Assembly (NCBI GenBank): GCA_047602405.1
Contig: JASGHJ010000001.1
Span: 1,024,001-1,088,000 of the forward strand
Length of the DNA: 64,000 bases
Source: Anaeromyxobacteraceae bacterium
GTDB taxonomy: Bacteria > Myxococcota > Myxococcia > Myxococcales > Anaeromyxobacteraceae
Direction of reading: 5' to 3'
The notes beneath the pieces are model-generated. The model was not told the DNA's origin. It worked only from the letters and a program-made list of their open reading frames with translations, and did no database searches. Shown here in pieces: positions 28,912 to 39,243 of the stretch (within the stretch, counting starts at the first letter, position 1; each line of letters begins with the position of its first letter). The translations under genes were made by a program, and so were the position numbers.

Positions 28912-29111
28912 GGTTCCGTTCGCTCCTGTTCGTTGCGGCTTTGCTCGGGCGTCCCCGGTGCGGGAGAGCATTCTGTCCCGAGGACCGGGTCCAAGGCGAG
29001 ATCCCCGCCGCGGCCACTCCGGAAGGACGTCCTGCTCCACATGTGGGTGCAGCTGCCCCGCGGTGCGTCCTCGCGGGCGCCCGTCGCGACCGCCGCGCGG
29101 GACCGTACTGA

Positions 29112-29978
29112 CTACGCCCCGATCTTCGCGAGTATTCCGTCGAGCTCGTCGAGGGAGGTGTACTCGACCTCGAGCCGGCCGGCGGTGGCCGACTTCTGCA
29201 CGATCTTGCACCGCGCGCCGAGGCGGCGCGACAGGCGGCGGGTGAGGTCCTTCACCGCGGCGGACGGGGCGTCGGGCGCCTTCTTCCTCCCCTTCATGGC
29301 GCGCAGGCGGACGAGCGCCTCGGTCGCCCGCACGCTCAGCCCCTCGCGCACGGCCCGCGCCGCGAGCTTCCTCATCTCCTCGGCCGACTCGAGGCCGAGG
29401 ATTGCGCGCGCGTGGCCCATGTCGAGCTGGCCACCCTTCACGAGGTCGCGCACCTCGTTCGGGAGCTTGAGGAGCCGCAGCGCGTTCGCGACGGTGGAGC
29501 GGTCCTTGCCCACGCGCTTCGCGATGTCGTCCTGGGTCTGCCCGTCTCGCGAGAGGACCTCGTAGGCCTCGGCCTCCTCGATGGGGTTGAGGTCGGCGCG
29601 CTGCAGGTTCTCGACGAGCGCGAGCTCGAACGCCTGCCGGTCGGAGGCCTCGCGCACGACCGCGGGGAGCTCCTGCAGCCCGGCCCGCTGCGCGGCCCGC
29701 CAGCGCCGCTCGCCGGCGACGATGCGGTACTTCGCGCCGTGGCGGCGGACCAGGATCGGCTCGACCACGCCGTGCTCGCGGATCGACGCGGCGAGCTCCT
29801 CGAGCTTCGCCTCCTCGAACTGCTTGCGCGGCTGGGCGGCGCTCCGCTCGATCGCGTCGATCGGGAGCGTGAGCAGCGTGCGCCCGGCGATGGGGGTGAC
29901 GACGGCGCCGGGCGGCGGCGCGTTGGAGAGGAGCGCGGCCATGCCGCGCCCGAGGGCGGGGCGCTTCGTGGTGCTCAC
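29112..29978 (-). CDS. parB: Chromosome partitioning protein ParB
   Basis: ALGRGMAALL, QPRK, AGERRWRAA, ENLQRADLNPIEEA, HTH GKDRSTVAN. Confidence 0.96.
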   Translation of the reverse strand: MSTTKRPALGRGMAALLSNAPPPGAVVTPIAGRTLLTLPIDAIERSAAQPRKQFEEAKLEELAASIREHGVVEPILVRRHGAKYRIVAGERRWRAAQRAGLQELPAVVREASDRQAFELALVENLQRADLNPIEEAEAYEVLSRDGQTQDDIAKRVGKDRSTVANALRLLKLPNEVRDLVKGGQLDMGHARAILGLESAEEMRKLAARAVREGLSVRATEALVRLRAMKGRKKAPDAPSAAVKDLTRRLSRRLGARCKIVQKSATAGRLEVEYTSLDELDGILAKIGA

Positions 29979-30745
29979 GCGAGGCCTCCGGCGCGCTGGG
30001 TCACCTCGCGCGCGAGCTCGAGGTAGCTCTGGCAGCCCTTCGACGCCACGTCGTAGAGCAGGATGGGCTTGCCGTGCGAGGGCGCCTCGGAGAGGCGCAC
30101 GTTGCGCGGGATGACGGTGTCGAAGACCTGGTCGGCGAAGGTCTTGCGGATCTCGTCGGCGACCTGGTTCGCGAGGTTGTTGGGCGAGAACATCGTCAGC
30201 ACGATCCCGTCGACGACGAGCTCCGGGTTCGCGCTGGCGCGGACGAGCTCGATGGTCTTGAGGACGTCGGCGAGCCCCTCGAGCGCGTAGTACTCGCACT
30301 GCAGCGGGATCATCGCGCCGCGCGCGGCGACGAGGCCGTTCACGGTGAGGAGGCCCAGCGACGGCGGGCAGTCGATGATGACGTACTCGTACTCGCCCGC
30401 GAGCTGGTCGACCGCGTGCTTGAGCCGGTACTCGCGCCCCTCCACCTCGGCGAGCTCGAGCTCGGCGCCGACGAGGTGCTTCGAGGCGGGCACGAGGTCG
30501 AGGAACTTGAGCTCGGTCTTCCGCACCGCCTCGCGCAGCGGCATGCCGTCGAGCAGCACCTCGTAGATGGACTTGTCGGAGTCGTCGCGCCGGATGCCGA
30601 GCGCGCTGCCCGCGTTGCCCTGCGGGTCGACGTCGATGAGGAGCGTCCGGCGCTCCGCCGCGGCGAGCGACGCCGCGAGGTTCACGGCGGTGGTGGTCTT
30701 GCCGACCCCGCCCTTCTGGTTCGCGATCGTGAGGATCCGGCTCAT
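29975..30745 (-). CDS. parA: Chromosome partitioning ATPase ParA/Soj
   Basis: NQKGGVGKTTT, DPQGNA, IDCPPSLG, IPRNVRLSEAPSHG. Confidence 0.96.
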   Translation of the reverse strand: MSRILTIANQKGGVGKTTTAVNLAASLAAAERRTLLIDVDPQGNAGSALGIRRDDSDKSIYEVLLDGMPLREAVRKTELKFLDLVPASKHLVGAELELAEVEGREYRLKHAVDQLAGEYEYVIIDCPPSLGLLTVNGLVAARGAMIPLQCEYYALEGLADVLKTIELVRASANPELVVDGIVLTMFSPNNLANQVADEIRKTFADQVFDTVIPRNVRLSEAPSHGKPILLYDVASKGCQSYLELAREVTQRAGGLA

Positions 30746-30925
30746 CGACCCGGCGTCCACGAGCTTCGCCCCTGCCCTCTTCTTCACGTGTCGACCCCTT
30801 CCCTCACCCCGCGCCCCGGGAACGGTCCCCGGGGGCGCCGCGCGGCCGGTGGGACCGCGGGCGACGCATCCTCGCGGATCACCCTGACACCCGGGAAGGC
30901 CCCCGGGGCCCCCGGACCGGGGGGA

Positions 30926-30941
30926 TGTTCCACGTGGAACA
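30926..30941. promoter_or_regulatory. parS site
   Basis: TGTTCCACGTGGAACA perfect palindrome. Confidence 0.92.
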
Positions 30942-31187
30942 GGCGGGGCTTCCGGAGCTTTCCTTCCGCGGCCCCCCGGGTGCCGGACACACGAGGGGGT
31001 CACACGGCGAGCCCCCGCGGCATGGGTCGACAGGAAGCTCCCGTCCGCCGCGGCCCTCGTCGCCCTGACCGCCGCGCTCGCCCCCGGCCTGGCCCTCGCC
31101 GGCGGGACGACGACCGGGCCGGGCCCTACGCCTCCGTCTCCCTGACGTTTCGGGGCGCCCGAGCGTGACGCCCCGAGGCGTCCCGGG

Positions 31188-31203
31188 CGCTCCACGTGGA
31201 ACG
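31188..31203. promoter_or_regulatory. parS site (variant)
   Basis: CGCTCCACGTGGAACG. Confidence 0.7.
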
Positions 31204-31267
31204 TGTCCGGAGGGCGGGACGGTGGGAGCGCTCCCTGGCCCGGTGGCTGGGCCCCTGCCGGAGTCGA

Positions 31268-31283
31268 GGTTCCACGTGGAACG
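31268..31283. promoter_or_regulatory. parS site
   Basis: GGTTCCACGTGGAACG. Confidence 0.85.
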
Positions 31284-31477
31284 CCGGGTCACGCCGGGGC
31301 CCCTCGCGGGCCTCCCGACCTGCGGTGCTCCTCCGCCCCTGCTGCCCTCGTCGCCCGGGCCCTCGCGCTCACGCCGCGGGCCGCCTGCGGCGACGGGCAA
31401 GCGCCCGGGTTCCACGCCTCGGGCACCCCGTCCGCGGGATCGCGTGCCGGGGTCGGTCGGGGGCTCGTCTCCTGCGG

Positions 31478-31493
31478 TGTTCCACGTGAAACC
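31478..31493. promoter_or_regulatory. parS site
   Basis: TGTTCCACGTGAAACC. Confidence 0.88.
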
Positions 31494-31553
31494 CCCGCAC
31501 CGAGACCCGTGTGACCGTCACCCCGGGCTGCCACTGCGCACCCGGGACCTGCC

Positions 31554-32348
31554 TCAGTTCGCCAGATCCGTGCTCGAGAACAGCGGCACGAGCGCGCCGT
31601 CCCTCCACTCGTGAAGCGTGACCCGGATCCCTCCGGCGTCGCAGCCCCCGGTGTTCGCCTGGACCAGCAGCCGGGCACCGAGGCGGTAGGCGTCCAGCAC
31701 CGTGGTGCAGAGCTGGAACGGGCCCACGATCCGCGCGCCGTCGACGACCACCACGGGCCCCTCCTGCACCACGCCCTCCGACCGCGACCTGAGCTGGACG
31801 TACATGGGGCCGCGGCCTCCGAAGGTGAAGACCTCGGCCGGCGCGCGGTCGGGGACCCGGGCCGCGTTGTTCGGGTCGGAGCGGATGACCTCCCGAGCCG
31901 CCTCCGACGTCGCGGCGCGCGCCGCGACGTCGCTCCGCTCCGGCTCCTCGACCGGGACCCGCGGGATGGGCTCGACCGCCTGCCGGGTCCCGACGAGGGC
32001 GAGGGTCGCCTGCCCGCAGGCCTCGGCGCCCTCGAGCAGCGTGGCGGGGATCGCCTCGCCGCGGGCGAGCCAGGCGCGCAGCTCCGCCTGCGTCTCCGGG
32101 CCGTCGCCACCGTGCACGAAGATGGCCGGCACCGAGGTCCGCGGGCGGCAGCCCGGGGCCTCCGTGAGGACGCGCACCGGGAGCCCGCGCGCGAAACGCC
32201 CGACGAGGCACCGCTGGTGCTTGCCGGGCCCGACGGTGCACCAGCTCGCCACGGCCACCGTCGGCGCGGGCGACCCCGCCCGGGAGGGCGCGGCACAGGT
32301 CACGCCCGCGAGGAAGGCGAGGCTCGGGGCGAGGTGCCGGACACGCAT
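31554..32348 (-). CDS. Hypothetical secreted protein
   Basis: Signal peptide MRVRHLAPSLAFLAGV, several Cys. Confidence 0.55.
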   Translation of the reverse strand: MRVRHLAPSLAFLAGVTCAAPSRAGSPAPTVAVASWCTVGPGKHQRCLVGRFARGLPVRVLTEAPGCRPRTSVPAIFVHGGDGPETQAELRAWLARGEAIPATLLEGAEACGQATLALVGTRQAVEPIPRVPVEEPERSDVAARAATSEAAREVIRSDPNNAARVPDRAPAEVFTFGGRGPMYVQLRSRSEGVVQEGPVVVVDGARIVGPFQLCTTVLDAYRLGARLLVQANTGGCDAGGIRVTLHEWRDGALVPLFSSTDLAN

Positions 32349-32397
32349 GGTGTCGAGGATACGCGGCCGTGTGACCCGGTCGACAGGTGCGAAGGGC

Positions 32398-32441
32398 CGC
32401 CCCTCGGCTTCGGGCCGCTTCGCGGCCCTACGCTCGGGGCG
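32398..32441 (+). repeat. Repeat family A copy
   Basis: cgcccctcggcttcgggccgcttcgcggccctacgctcggggcg. Confidence 0.85.
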
Positions 32442-32476
32442 CACGGAGGAACGGAGGGAACCGAGGGAACCGCCCC

Positions 32477-32492
32477 CGTTCCACGTGGAACG
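32477..32492. promoter_or_regulatory. parS site
   Basis: CGTTCCACGTGGAACG. Confidence 0.9.
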
Positions 32493-33464
32493 TCAGCGCG
32501 CCCCGCCGCGGACCCGCATCCAGCTCTCGAAGAACGCGCGCGGCCCGGCCTTCACGAGCTTCACGACGGTCGCCCGGCCCTCGACGCGCTCGATGTGCCG
32601 CGCCGCCCGCGCGCCGAGGCGGGCGAAGAGCCGCTCCTCGTGAAGCCCGCGCAGCAGCTCCTTCGTGGCGGCGTCCGCGAGGCCGCCGCGCTCCGCCCGC
32701 CTCGCGAGCTCGGCGTGGACCTCGAGGTACCGCGCCTCCAGCCGCCGCATGGCCGCGTCGTCGGAGAGCGCCCGGTAGTCCTCGTCGTCGAGCGCCTTCT
32801 CGCGCTCGCGGAGGCCGAGCGCGGTCCAGGTCGCGAGCCCCTCGAGCGCGAGGTGGAACTCGGCCTCGGCGAGGAGGTCCGCCGCGGTGCCGCGCGCCTC
32901 GAGGGGCCGCGGCGGGTTGTAGGCGAGGAACACGACCTCGTGGCACTCCGCCAGCGCCACGTACCGGAGCGCGCCGGGGTGCGCCTCGAGCCAGGGGTGC
33001 CCGGCGTCGACGCTCGCGTCGCCGGGCGAGGCGGTGCCGACGAGGGTGTCGCTGAAGATCAGGTGCAGGTGGATCTCGACGTCGGCGTCCCTCGGCACCG
33101 CGGCCCGGAGCGCGTCCCGCCAGACGAGGTCGCGGCGGAGCGGGCCCTCGAACTCGTCGAGCACCTTGCGCGCCTCGGGGAGCCGCGCCGCGAGGACCTC
33201 CCGCGGCGTGACGAGCCGGAGCGCGAGCTCGCGGGTCGAGCCGCGCGGCACGTCGGCGCGCTCGGCGAACCGCGCGTGCGTGAGGAGGTGCGTGAGCGCC
33301 GGCGTCGCGGCGAGGGCCTGCAGCTTGGCCGGGTCTCCGGTCTCGACGTATGCGATCGCGTACCTCGCCGCGGAGGCGTCCAGCCGCACCGACGGGCCCG
33401 GGTGCACGGCCACGGGCCGGGCGGCGAGCGCGAAGGAGAGCAGGAGCGCGGCGGCGAGGGGCAT
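32493..33464 (-). CDS. Hypothetical secreted protein, degenerate zincin-like
   Basis: Signal peptide; CHEVVF and LEGLATW segments. Confidence 0.6.
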   Translation of the reverse strand: MPLAAALLLSFALAARPVAVHPGPSVRLDASAARYAIAYVETGDPAKLQALAATPALTHLLTHARFAERADVPRGSTRELALRLVTPREVLAARLPEARKVLDEFEGPLRRDLVWRDALRAAVPRDADVEIHLHLIFSDTLVGTASPGDASVDAGHPWLEAHPGALRYVALAECHEVVFLAYNPPRPLEARGTAADLLAEAEFHLALEGLATWTALGLREREKALDDEDYRALSDDAAMRRLEARYLEVHAELARRAERGGLADAATKELLRGLHEERLFARLGARAARHIERVEGRATVVKLVKAGPRAFFESWMRVRGGAR

Positions 33465-33501
33465 CGGACCTTCCTCCGGAAGGAGAGCCTAGCCTCGCCG
33501 A

Positions 33502-33517
33502 TGTTCCACGTGAAACT
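33502..33517. promoter_or_regulatory. parS site
   Basis: TGTTCCACGTGAAACT. Confidence 0.88.
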
Positions 33518-33542
33518 TTCCCTCGCCTCCGCGGCCGCGCCG

Positions 33543-34229
33543 CTAGGCTCGGGTCGGGGCGGGAGGCGTCCCGGCGGCCTCCCCGGCCGCCCGGAACGTC
33601 GCGATCGCCCGCGCCGCGCCCGACCTCGGCAGCGTGAAGCGCTCGAGCCGCTCGAGCGAGAGCCCGGCGCCCTGGCCGAGCGCCGCGAGCGCGGCCTCGT
33701 CGGCCTCGCGCCCGAGCATCGCGAGCACCCGCCCACCGGGCAGCACGTAGCGGGCGGCGAGCGGGAGCCACGCGGCCGGCTCGGCGAACGCGCGCGACAC
33801 CACCGCCTCGCAGCGCGGGAGCCGCTCGCGCTCCGGCGCCCCCTCCGCGCGGGTCGCGACCGCCCGCACGGCGAGCCCGAGCTCCGCGGCGACCGCCTTC
33901 ACGAACGCGACCTTCTTCGCGACCGAGTCGACGCAGGTGACCTCGAGGTCCGGCCGCGCGCAGGCGAGCGCCGCGCCCGGCAGCCCCGCGCCGGCGCCGA
34001 CGTCGAGCAGCGTGCGCGCCCCCGCGACGGCGCCGAGCGCGAGCAAGGAGTCGACGAGGTGCTTCTCGGCGACCTCGGCCGGCGCGGTGATGGCGGTGAG
34101 GTTGACCTTCCGGTTCCAGGCGAGGAGCCGGTCGGCGTAGCGTTCCAGCTTCTCCTGGGCGGCGGCGTCGACGGGCAGCCCGAAGTGCGCGAGGCCGTCC
34201 CGGAGCGCGTCCTTGAACGCGGCGTCCAC
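33543..34229 (-). CDS. rsmG: 16S rRNA m7G527 methyltransferase
   Basis: [33 protein letters not shown]. Confidence 0.95.
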   Translation of the reverse strand: MDAAFKDALRDGLAHFGLPVDAAAQEKLERYADRLLAWNRKVNLTAITAPAEVAEKHLVDSLLALGAVAGARTLLDVGAGAGLPGAALACARPDLEVTCVDSVAKKVAFVKAVAAELGLAVRAVATRAEGAPERERLPRCEAVVSRAFAEPAAWLPLAARYVLPGGRVLAMLGREADEAALAALGQGAGLSLERLERFTLPRSGAARAIATFRAAGEAAGTPPAPTRA

Positions 34230-34232
34230 GGC

Positions 34233-34559
34233 TCAGGCCTCGTCGTCGTCGTCGGAGGCGGCGTCGACGGAGCCCGCCGCGTCGTCGCCGCCGGCCCCGC
34301 CCCGCGCCTCGCCGCTCGGCGCGGTGCCCGGCCGCCGCGGCGCGGGCTGGGTGCCCTTGCGGCCGATGGCGCGCTCGACCTCCTCGCGGTGCGCCGCGAG
34401 GAAGGCGGCGACCTCGGCGTCGGTCAGCTCGAGGTCGCGCAGCACGCCGTCGTACACGAACTTGAAGCCCGCCTCGTACTGCTTCTCCTGCAGCTCGAAG
34501 GAGCGCCGGAGCACCGCCGCCGAGAACAGCCGCTCGTCGCGCGTCTTCGGGCGGGCCAT
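34233..34559 (-). CDS. Hypothetical protein
   Basis: 108-aa ORF tightly packed between jag and rsmG. Confidence 0.7.
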   Translation of the reverse strand: MARPKTRDERLFSAAVLRRSFELQEKQYEAGFKFVYDGVLRDLELTDAEVAAFLAAHREEVERAIGRKGTQPAPRRPGTAPSGEARGGAGGDDAAGSVDAASDDDDEA

Positions 34560-34562
34560 CGG

Positions 34563-35072
34563 CTACGCCCCCGGCTTGGGCTCGGGGACGATGAGGAGCT
34601 GGCGGAAGAGCCCCTCGCCCTCGCTGCGCGTCGAGACGCCCTCGACGCCCACGAGCGCCATGTGGATTTGGCGCCGCTCGCGCGCCGAGATCGGCGCGAG
34701 CGCGAGCACCTTGCCGGTGCGGCGCGCGGTGGCGGCGAGCCGCTCCGCCATCGCCTTCACCGCGGGGTCGGTCTCGTCGGCGAAGCCGCCCACATCGAGG
34801 TTCACCCACTTGCGCCCCTCGGTGCGCGGGTTCACGACGCGGTTCACGAGCACCTGCACCGCCTCGACGAGCGCGCCGCCGAGCTCGAGCGCGTTGCCCG
34901 CGTTCGGCGAGAGCGAGAGGCCGATCGCCTCGGGCGTCTCCTTCACGGCGACGGCGACGTCGCCGCCCATCCGCCGGAGGAGCTCCTCGGTGAACGCCTT
35001 CGCGCGCGCCACCTTCTCGGGCGCCTCGCGCGGCGGGGGCGGGGCGTTCTCGCGGTCGTCGCGGCCGTTCAT
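34563..35072 (-). CDS. jag: Jag/EloR-like R3H RNA-binding protein
   Basis: ARERRQIH R3H motif, TRSEGEG; follows yidC. Confidence 0.8.
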   Translation of the reverse strand: MNGRDDRENAPPPPREAPEKVARAKAFTEELLRRMGGDVAVAVKETPEAIGLSLSPNAGNALELGGALVEAVQVLVNRVVNPRTEGRKWVNLDVGGFADETDPAVKAMAERLAATARRTGKVLALAPISARERRQIHMALVGVEGVSTRSEGEGLFRQLLIVPEPKPGA

Positions 35073-35077
35073 GGTCG

Positions 35078-36733
35078 TCACCCCTTCGCCGGCGCGGTGG
35101 GGGCCGGCATGGCGCGCATCATGATCTGCTGCTGCGCGATGGAGAGCACGTTGTTGACGAAGATGTAGAGCGTGAGGCCGCCCGGCACCGCCAGCATCAT
35201 GAACGTGAAGAAGCCGGGCATGAAGTACAGCATCATCTTCGCCTGGGCCGGGTCGCCCGGCTGCGGCGAGATCTTCTGCATCACGAACTGCGAGATGCCC
35301 ATCGCGATGGGGAAGACGTAGTACGGGTCCTTGCGGGTGAGGTCCGCCATCCAGAGGAACGGCTCGGCGTAGAGCTCGACCGAGGTCTGCAGGGTCGCGT
35401 AGAGCGCGAACCAGATCGGCATCTGCAGGAGGAGCGGGAGGCAGCCGGAGAACGGGTTCACCTTGTTCTGCCGGTAGAGCTCCATCATCGCGACGTTCAT
35501 CTTCTCCTTGTCGTCGCCGTGCTTCGCCTTGAGCGCCTCGACCTGCGGCTGCAGCGCCTTCATCGCGTTCATCGACTTGATCTGCGCGATGGTGAGCGGG
35601 AACAGCAGCACCTTCACGAGCACCGTGAGGAGGATGATCGCGACGCCCCAGTTGTGCGTGAGCCCCTCGAACCAGCGGAGCACGTAGAGCAGCACGCGGG
35701 CGAAGAGCGCGAAGGGCCGGGCCGCCCAGCCGTAGTCGAGGGCGGTCGAGAACTCGCGGCCGTAGCCGCGGAGCGTATCGAGCTCCTTCGGGCCCGTGTA
35801 CACCTTCAGTGAACTCGTCAGCGCTCCACCCTGGGCCGGCAGGCGCACCGCGGTGAGGCCGGCGCCCTTGACCGGGCCGTCGGCGAAGGCGCACTGGCCG
35901 GCCGCCGGCTCGGGGATCAGGGCGGAGACGAAGTAGCCCTGGTCCATGCCGGCCCACTGGACGACGCCCGGCTCGGTGGCCGCGCCCTTGCCGAGGTCGA
36001 AGCGGTGGGTCTCCTCGCCCGCCCGGCAGATGGGGCGCACGAACTCGACCGGCGGGCCGGCGAGGAAGCCGCGCGAGCCGGTCTCCGGCGGGAAGTAGCC
36101 GGGGTAGAGGACGACGATCCCGGCGTTGTCGGCGGCCGGGCCGGAGGCCTGGAGCTCGAGCGCGAGCTCGTGGGGCCTGCCGGTCAGGCGGATTGTCTTC
36201 TTGATCGTGGCCTGGCCGGTCTTGCCCTCGAAGGTGATCGAGGTCGCGTCCTTCGCGACGACGCGCATCGCGGCGAGCGTGGACGGGTCCTTCGCGCCGT
36301 CGGCGGCGCCGCCCCACTCCGGCGTCGCGACGGTGGCGAGCGGGTACGGCTGGCCCTCGGCGATGCGCACGAGGTCGATGGGCAGCTTCGCGCCCTTCGC
36401 GTCCTCGCGCGTGAACTTGTGCCCCTGCAGCACGACGTGCTTCACCGCGCCGCCGTGCGACGAGACCGTCACCTCGAAGTCGGCGCCCCGGAGGACGTGG
36501 AGCTCCTCCGGCGCGTCGGGCACGGCCTCGAGCTGCGGGACCGGCGCCGTGCCGGGCGGCGGCGCGGTGGGCGCGCCCGCGGGGCCGGTGGGCGCCGCGG
36601 GGGCCGGCGCGCTCGCGGTCTCGGCGGGCTTCCTCGGCGGGGGCTTCGGCTGCGGGAACAGCACCTGCCAGCCGAGCAGGATGGCCATCGAGACGACGGT
36701 GAACAGGATCAGGCGGCGGGTGTCGCTGGACAC
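35078..36733 (-). CDS. yidC: Membrane protein insertase
   Basis: YTGPK, DYGW, NWGVAIILLT, GCLPLLLQMPIWFALY. Confidence 0.96.
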   Translation of the reverse strand: MSSDTRRLILFTVVSMAILLGWQVLFPQPKPPPRKPAETASAPAPAAPTGPAGAPTAPPPGTAPVPQLEAVPDAPEELHVLRGADFEVTVSSHGGAVKHVVLQGHKFTREDAKGAKLPIDLVRIAEGQPYPLATVATPEWGGAADGAKDPSTLAAMRVVAKDATSITFEGKTGQATIKKTIRLTGRPHELALELQASGPAADNAGIVVLYPGYFPPETGSRGFLAGPPVEFVRPICRAGEETHRFDLGKGAATEPGVVQWAGMDQGYFVSALIPEPAAGQCAFADGPVKGAGLTAVRLPAQGGALTSSLKVYTGPKELDTLRGYGREFSTALDYGWAARPFALFARVLLYVLRWFEGLTHNWGVAIILLTVLVKVLLFPLTIAQIKSMNAMKALQPQVEALKAKHGDDKEKMNVAMMELYRQNKVNPFSGCLPLLLQMPIWFALYATLQTSVELYAEPFLWMADLTRKDPYYVFPIAMGISQFVMQKISPQPGDPAQAKMMLYFMPGFFTFMMLAVPGGLTLYIFVNNVLSIAQQQIMMRAMPAPTAPAKG

Positions 36734-36763
36734 GTGAGGACCTCTCTCTTCGAAGCGAGCGCT

Positions 36764-36976
36764 TCAGGGCACCGGATCGATGCCGCCGGGGTGGAAGGGG
36801 TGGCAGCGCGCGAGGCGCCGCACGGTGAGCCAGGAGCCGCGCAGCGCGCCGTGCTTCTCGAGCGCGCCGAGGGCGTAGGCCGAGCAGGTGGGGTGGAACC
36901 TGCAGGCCGGGGGGAGGAGCGGCGACACGAGCCGCCGGTACAGCTTCACCAGGAGTAGAAGGAGCCCCCGGATCAC
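36764..36976 (-). CDS. yidD: Membrane protein insertion efficiency factor
   Basis: [24 protein letters not shown]. Confidence 0.95.
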   Translation of the reverse strand: MIRGLLLLLVKLYRRLVSPLLPPACRFHPTCSAYALGALEKHGALRGSWLTVRRLARCHPFHPGGIDPVP

Positions 36977-37353
36977 GCGCGCGCGCCTCCGGAGGGGCCG
37001 CCGGACGGGGCGGGGCCGGGGAGCTCTCCGAGCCGGGCGCGGGCCGCCGCGAGGGCGCGGCGGATGCCGTCGAGTCCTGCCTCGGGGGCGGTGCTCCGGG
37101 CGATCACGACCAGATCGACCGGCGGCCAGTCGGCGCGGGTCGCGCGATAGGCCTCGCGCACCCAGCGCTTCACCCGGTTGCGCACCACCGCGTTGCCGAT
37201 CTTGGACGACACCGTGATCCCGATCCGCGGGACGCGCCCGCCGGCCGGGAGGGCGATCACGACGACGTCACCGGCGTGGAGCCGCGTTCCGCGCTGCTGG
37301 ACCCGCAGGAACTCACGGCGGCGACGCAGCCTCGCCGCCTTCGGCAGGTTCAC
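36973..37353 (-). CDS. rnpA: Ribonuclease P protein component
   Basis: [21 protein letters not shown]. Confidence 0.93.
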   Translation of the reverse strand: MNLPKAARLRRRREFLRVQQRGTRLHAGDVVVIALPAGGRVPRIGITVSSKIGNAVVRNRVKRWVREAYRATRADWPPVDLVVIARSTAPEAGLDGIRRALAAARARLGELPGPAPSGGPSGGARA

Positions 37354-37361
37354 TCGTGGTT

Positions 37362-37511
37362 CTACTTCTTCGGCGCGCGCGGCGCGAGCTTCTTGCGCCC
37401 CTTGGCGCGACGACGCTGGAGGACGTTGCGGCCGCCCGGGGTCTTCATCCGCTTGCGGAACCCGTGGGTGCGGTTCAGGCGGCGCTTCTTCGGCTGGTAA
37501 GTACGCTTCAT
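37362..37511 (-). CDS. rpmH: 50S ribosomal protein L34
   Basis: Manual translation [42 protein letters not shown]. Confidence 0.97.
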   Translation of the reverse strand: MKRTYQPKKRRLNRTHGFRKRMKTPGGRNVLQRRRAKGRKKLAPRAPKK

Positions 37512-37839
37512 GGCGGGGCAAACTCCTCGATCGACGCCGGTGTGTCAAGGTTCGCGCGCGATCGGAGGGCGCGATCGCGGATCACGCGGCGGCCGGTCCC
37601 CCGATCGTCACATGGGGCGTTCGCAAAACCGCCGTCGTTTCGCGAAGGCTCGCGATCGCGAAACCTCTCGCTTGAACTCGCCACGGATCCTTCGCTAACT
37701 TGCGCCTCCACGCGACAGCACCTCGCCTGACTCCTCGCCGTCCGGCCGTACACGCGCACCACCCTCAGCCTCACCGCCGACAGCAACTCCGCGGCGGACG
37801 TCACCTTTTTCTCGTCGTGGTCATCGGGCCCCCGGAAAC

Positions 37840-39243
37840 ATGGACCGACCTTCGGCAACCGCGCTCGACTCCGCCTCCATGGACGACCTCTGGGATCGCA
37901 TCGACGCGTACCTCCGCACGCGGCTGCGCCCGGATCTGTACGACCGCTGGTTCGCCCCGCTCCGGCCGCTCGCCCTGGGCGAGGGCCGGCTCGAGATCGC
38001 GGCCCCCGATCGGTTCCACCGCGACTTCGTCGAGGACAACTACCGCGCGTTCTTCGAGGAGTTCCTGCCGAACCTCCTCGGGAAGGCCCTCCCGGTCGCC
38101 TTCGTGGTCGACACCACCGCGACCCGTCCGGCGCCCGCCGCCGAGCCCGCCCTCACGCCCGCGCCGCGCCCTGCGGCGTCGGCCCCGACCGTGACCTCCG
38201 GTGCCGACGCCGGCGAGCCGCGCGACGTCCGGCCGAACCCGCGGTACACGTTCGACACCTTCGTCGTCGGCGACTCGAACCAGTTCGCGTTCCACGCCGC
38301 GCGCGCCGTCGCCGACAACCCGGGCCACGTCTGGAACCCGCTTTTCCTCCACGGCGACTCCGGCCTCGGCAAGACCCACCTGCTCCACGCGCTCGCCCAC
38401 GGCATCCTCGACAAGCGGCCGAACGGCCGCGTCGCCATCGTCTCCTCCGAGCGCTACACGAACGACTTCGTCGCGGCGCTCTCCCGCGGCGGCATGGACG
38501 AGTTCCGCCGGAAGTACCGCGAGTGCTCGGCGCTCCTCGTCGACGACGTGCAGTTCCTCGCCGGCAAGGACAAGACCGCCGAGGAGTTCTTCCACACCTT
38601 CAACGAGCTGCACGAGCACCACGTGCAGATCGTCCTCAGCTCCGACCGCTCGCCGAAGGAGCTGAAGGGCCTGGACGCCCGGCTCTGCTCCCGCTTCGAG
38701 TGGGGCATGCGGGTCCAGATCGAGGCCCCGGAGTTCGAGACCCGCGCCGCGATCCTCAAGAAGAAGGCCGACGTCGAGCGGATCGCCTTGCCCGACGAGG
38801 TCACGCAGCTCCTCGCCACGCACATCCGCTCCAACGTGCGCGAGCTCGAGGGGGCGCTGATGCGCCTCGCCGCGTTCGCCTCGCTGAAGGGGGAGCCGAT
38901 CACCATCGCGCTCGCCCGCGACGTCCTCGGCGACCAGATCCCGCCGGAGGGGTACCGGCCGCCCATCGAGCGCATCCAGGAGGCCGTGGCGGCCCACTAC
39001 GGCCTCACGGTGGCGAAGCTGACCTCCTCGAACCGGGAGCAGAAGGTCGCCCTCCCGCGGCAGGTGGCGATGTACCTCTGCCGCGAGCTCGCGCAGGAGA
39101 AGCTCCAGCTCATCGCCGAGAAGTTCAACAAGAAGGACCACACCACCGTCATCTCCGCCGTCGAGCGCGTGAAGTCGCTCATGGAGACCGACGAGGCGGT
39201 GAGAACCGCCGTCCGGACGCTGACCTCCGCGCTCGTCCCCTGA
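37840..39243 (+). CDS. dnaA: Chromosomal replication initiator DnaA (start may be 37879)
   Basis: NPRYTFDTFVVG, GDSGLGKTHL, DDVQFL, NVRELEGAL, DHTTV. Confidence 0.97.
   Translation: MDRPSATALDSASMDDLWDRIDAYLRTRLRPDLYDRWFAPLRPLALGEGRLEIAAPDRFHRDFVEDNYRAFFEEFLPNLLGKALPVAFVVDTTATRPAPAAEPALTPAPRPAASAPTVTSGADAGEPRDVRPNPRYTFDTFVVGDSNQFAFHAARAVADNPGHVWNPLFLHGDSGLGKTHLLHALAHGILDKRPNGRVAIVSSERYTNDFVAALSRGGMDEFRRKYRECSALLVDDVQFLAGKDKTAEEFFHTFNELHEHHVQIVLSSDRSPKELKGLDARLCSRFEWGMRVQIEAPEFETRAAILKKKADVERIALPDEVTQLLATHIRSNVRELEGALMRLAAFASLKGEPITIALARDVLGDQIPPEGYRPPIERIQEAVAAHYGLTVAKLTSSNREQKVALPRQVAMYLCRELAQEKLQLIAEKFNKKDHTTVISAVERVKSLMETDEAVRTAVRTLTSALVP

Noticed and set aside
30926..33517. Recurrent GTTCCACGTGGAAC as a CRISPR array
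   Set aside because: Irregular spacing, 16-bp length, match to parS consensus, adjacent parAB and no cas genes
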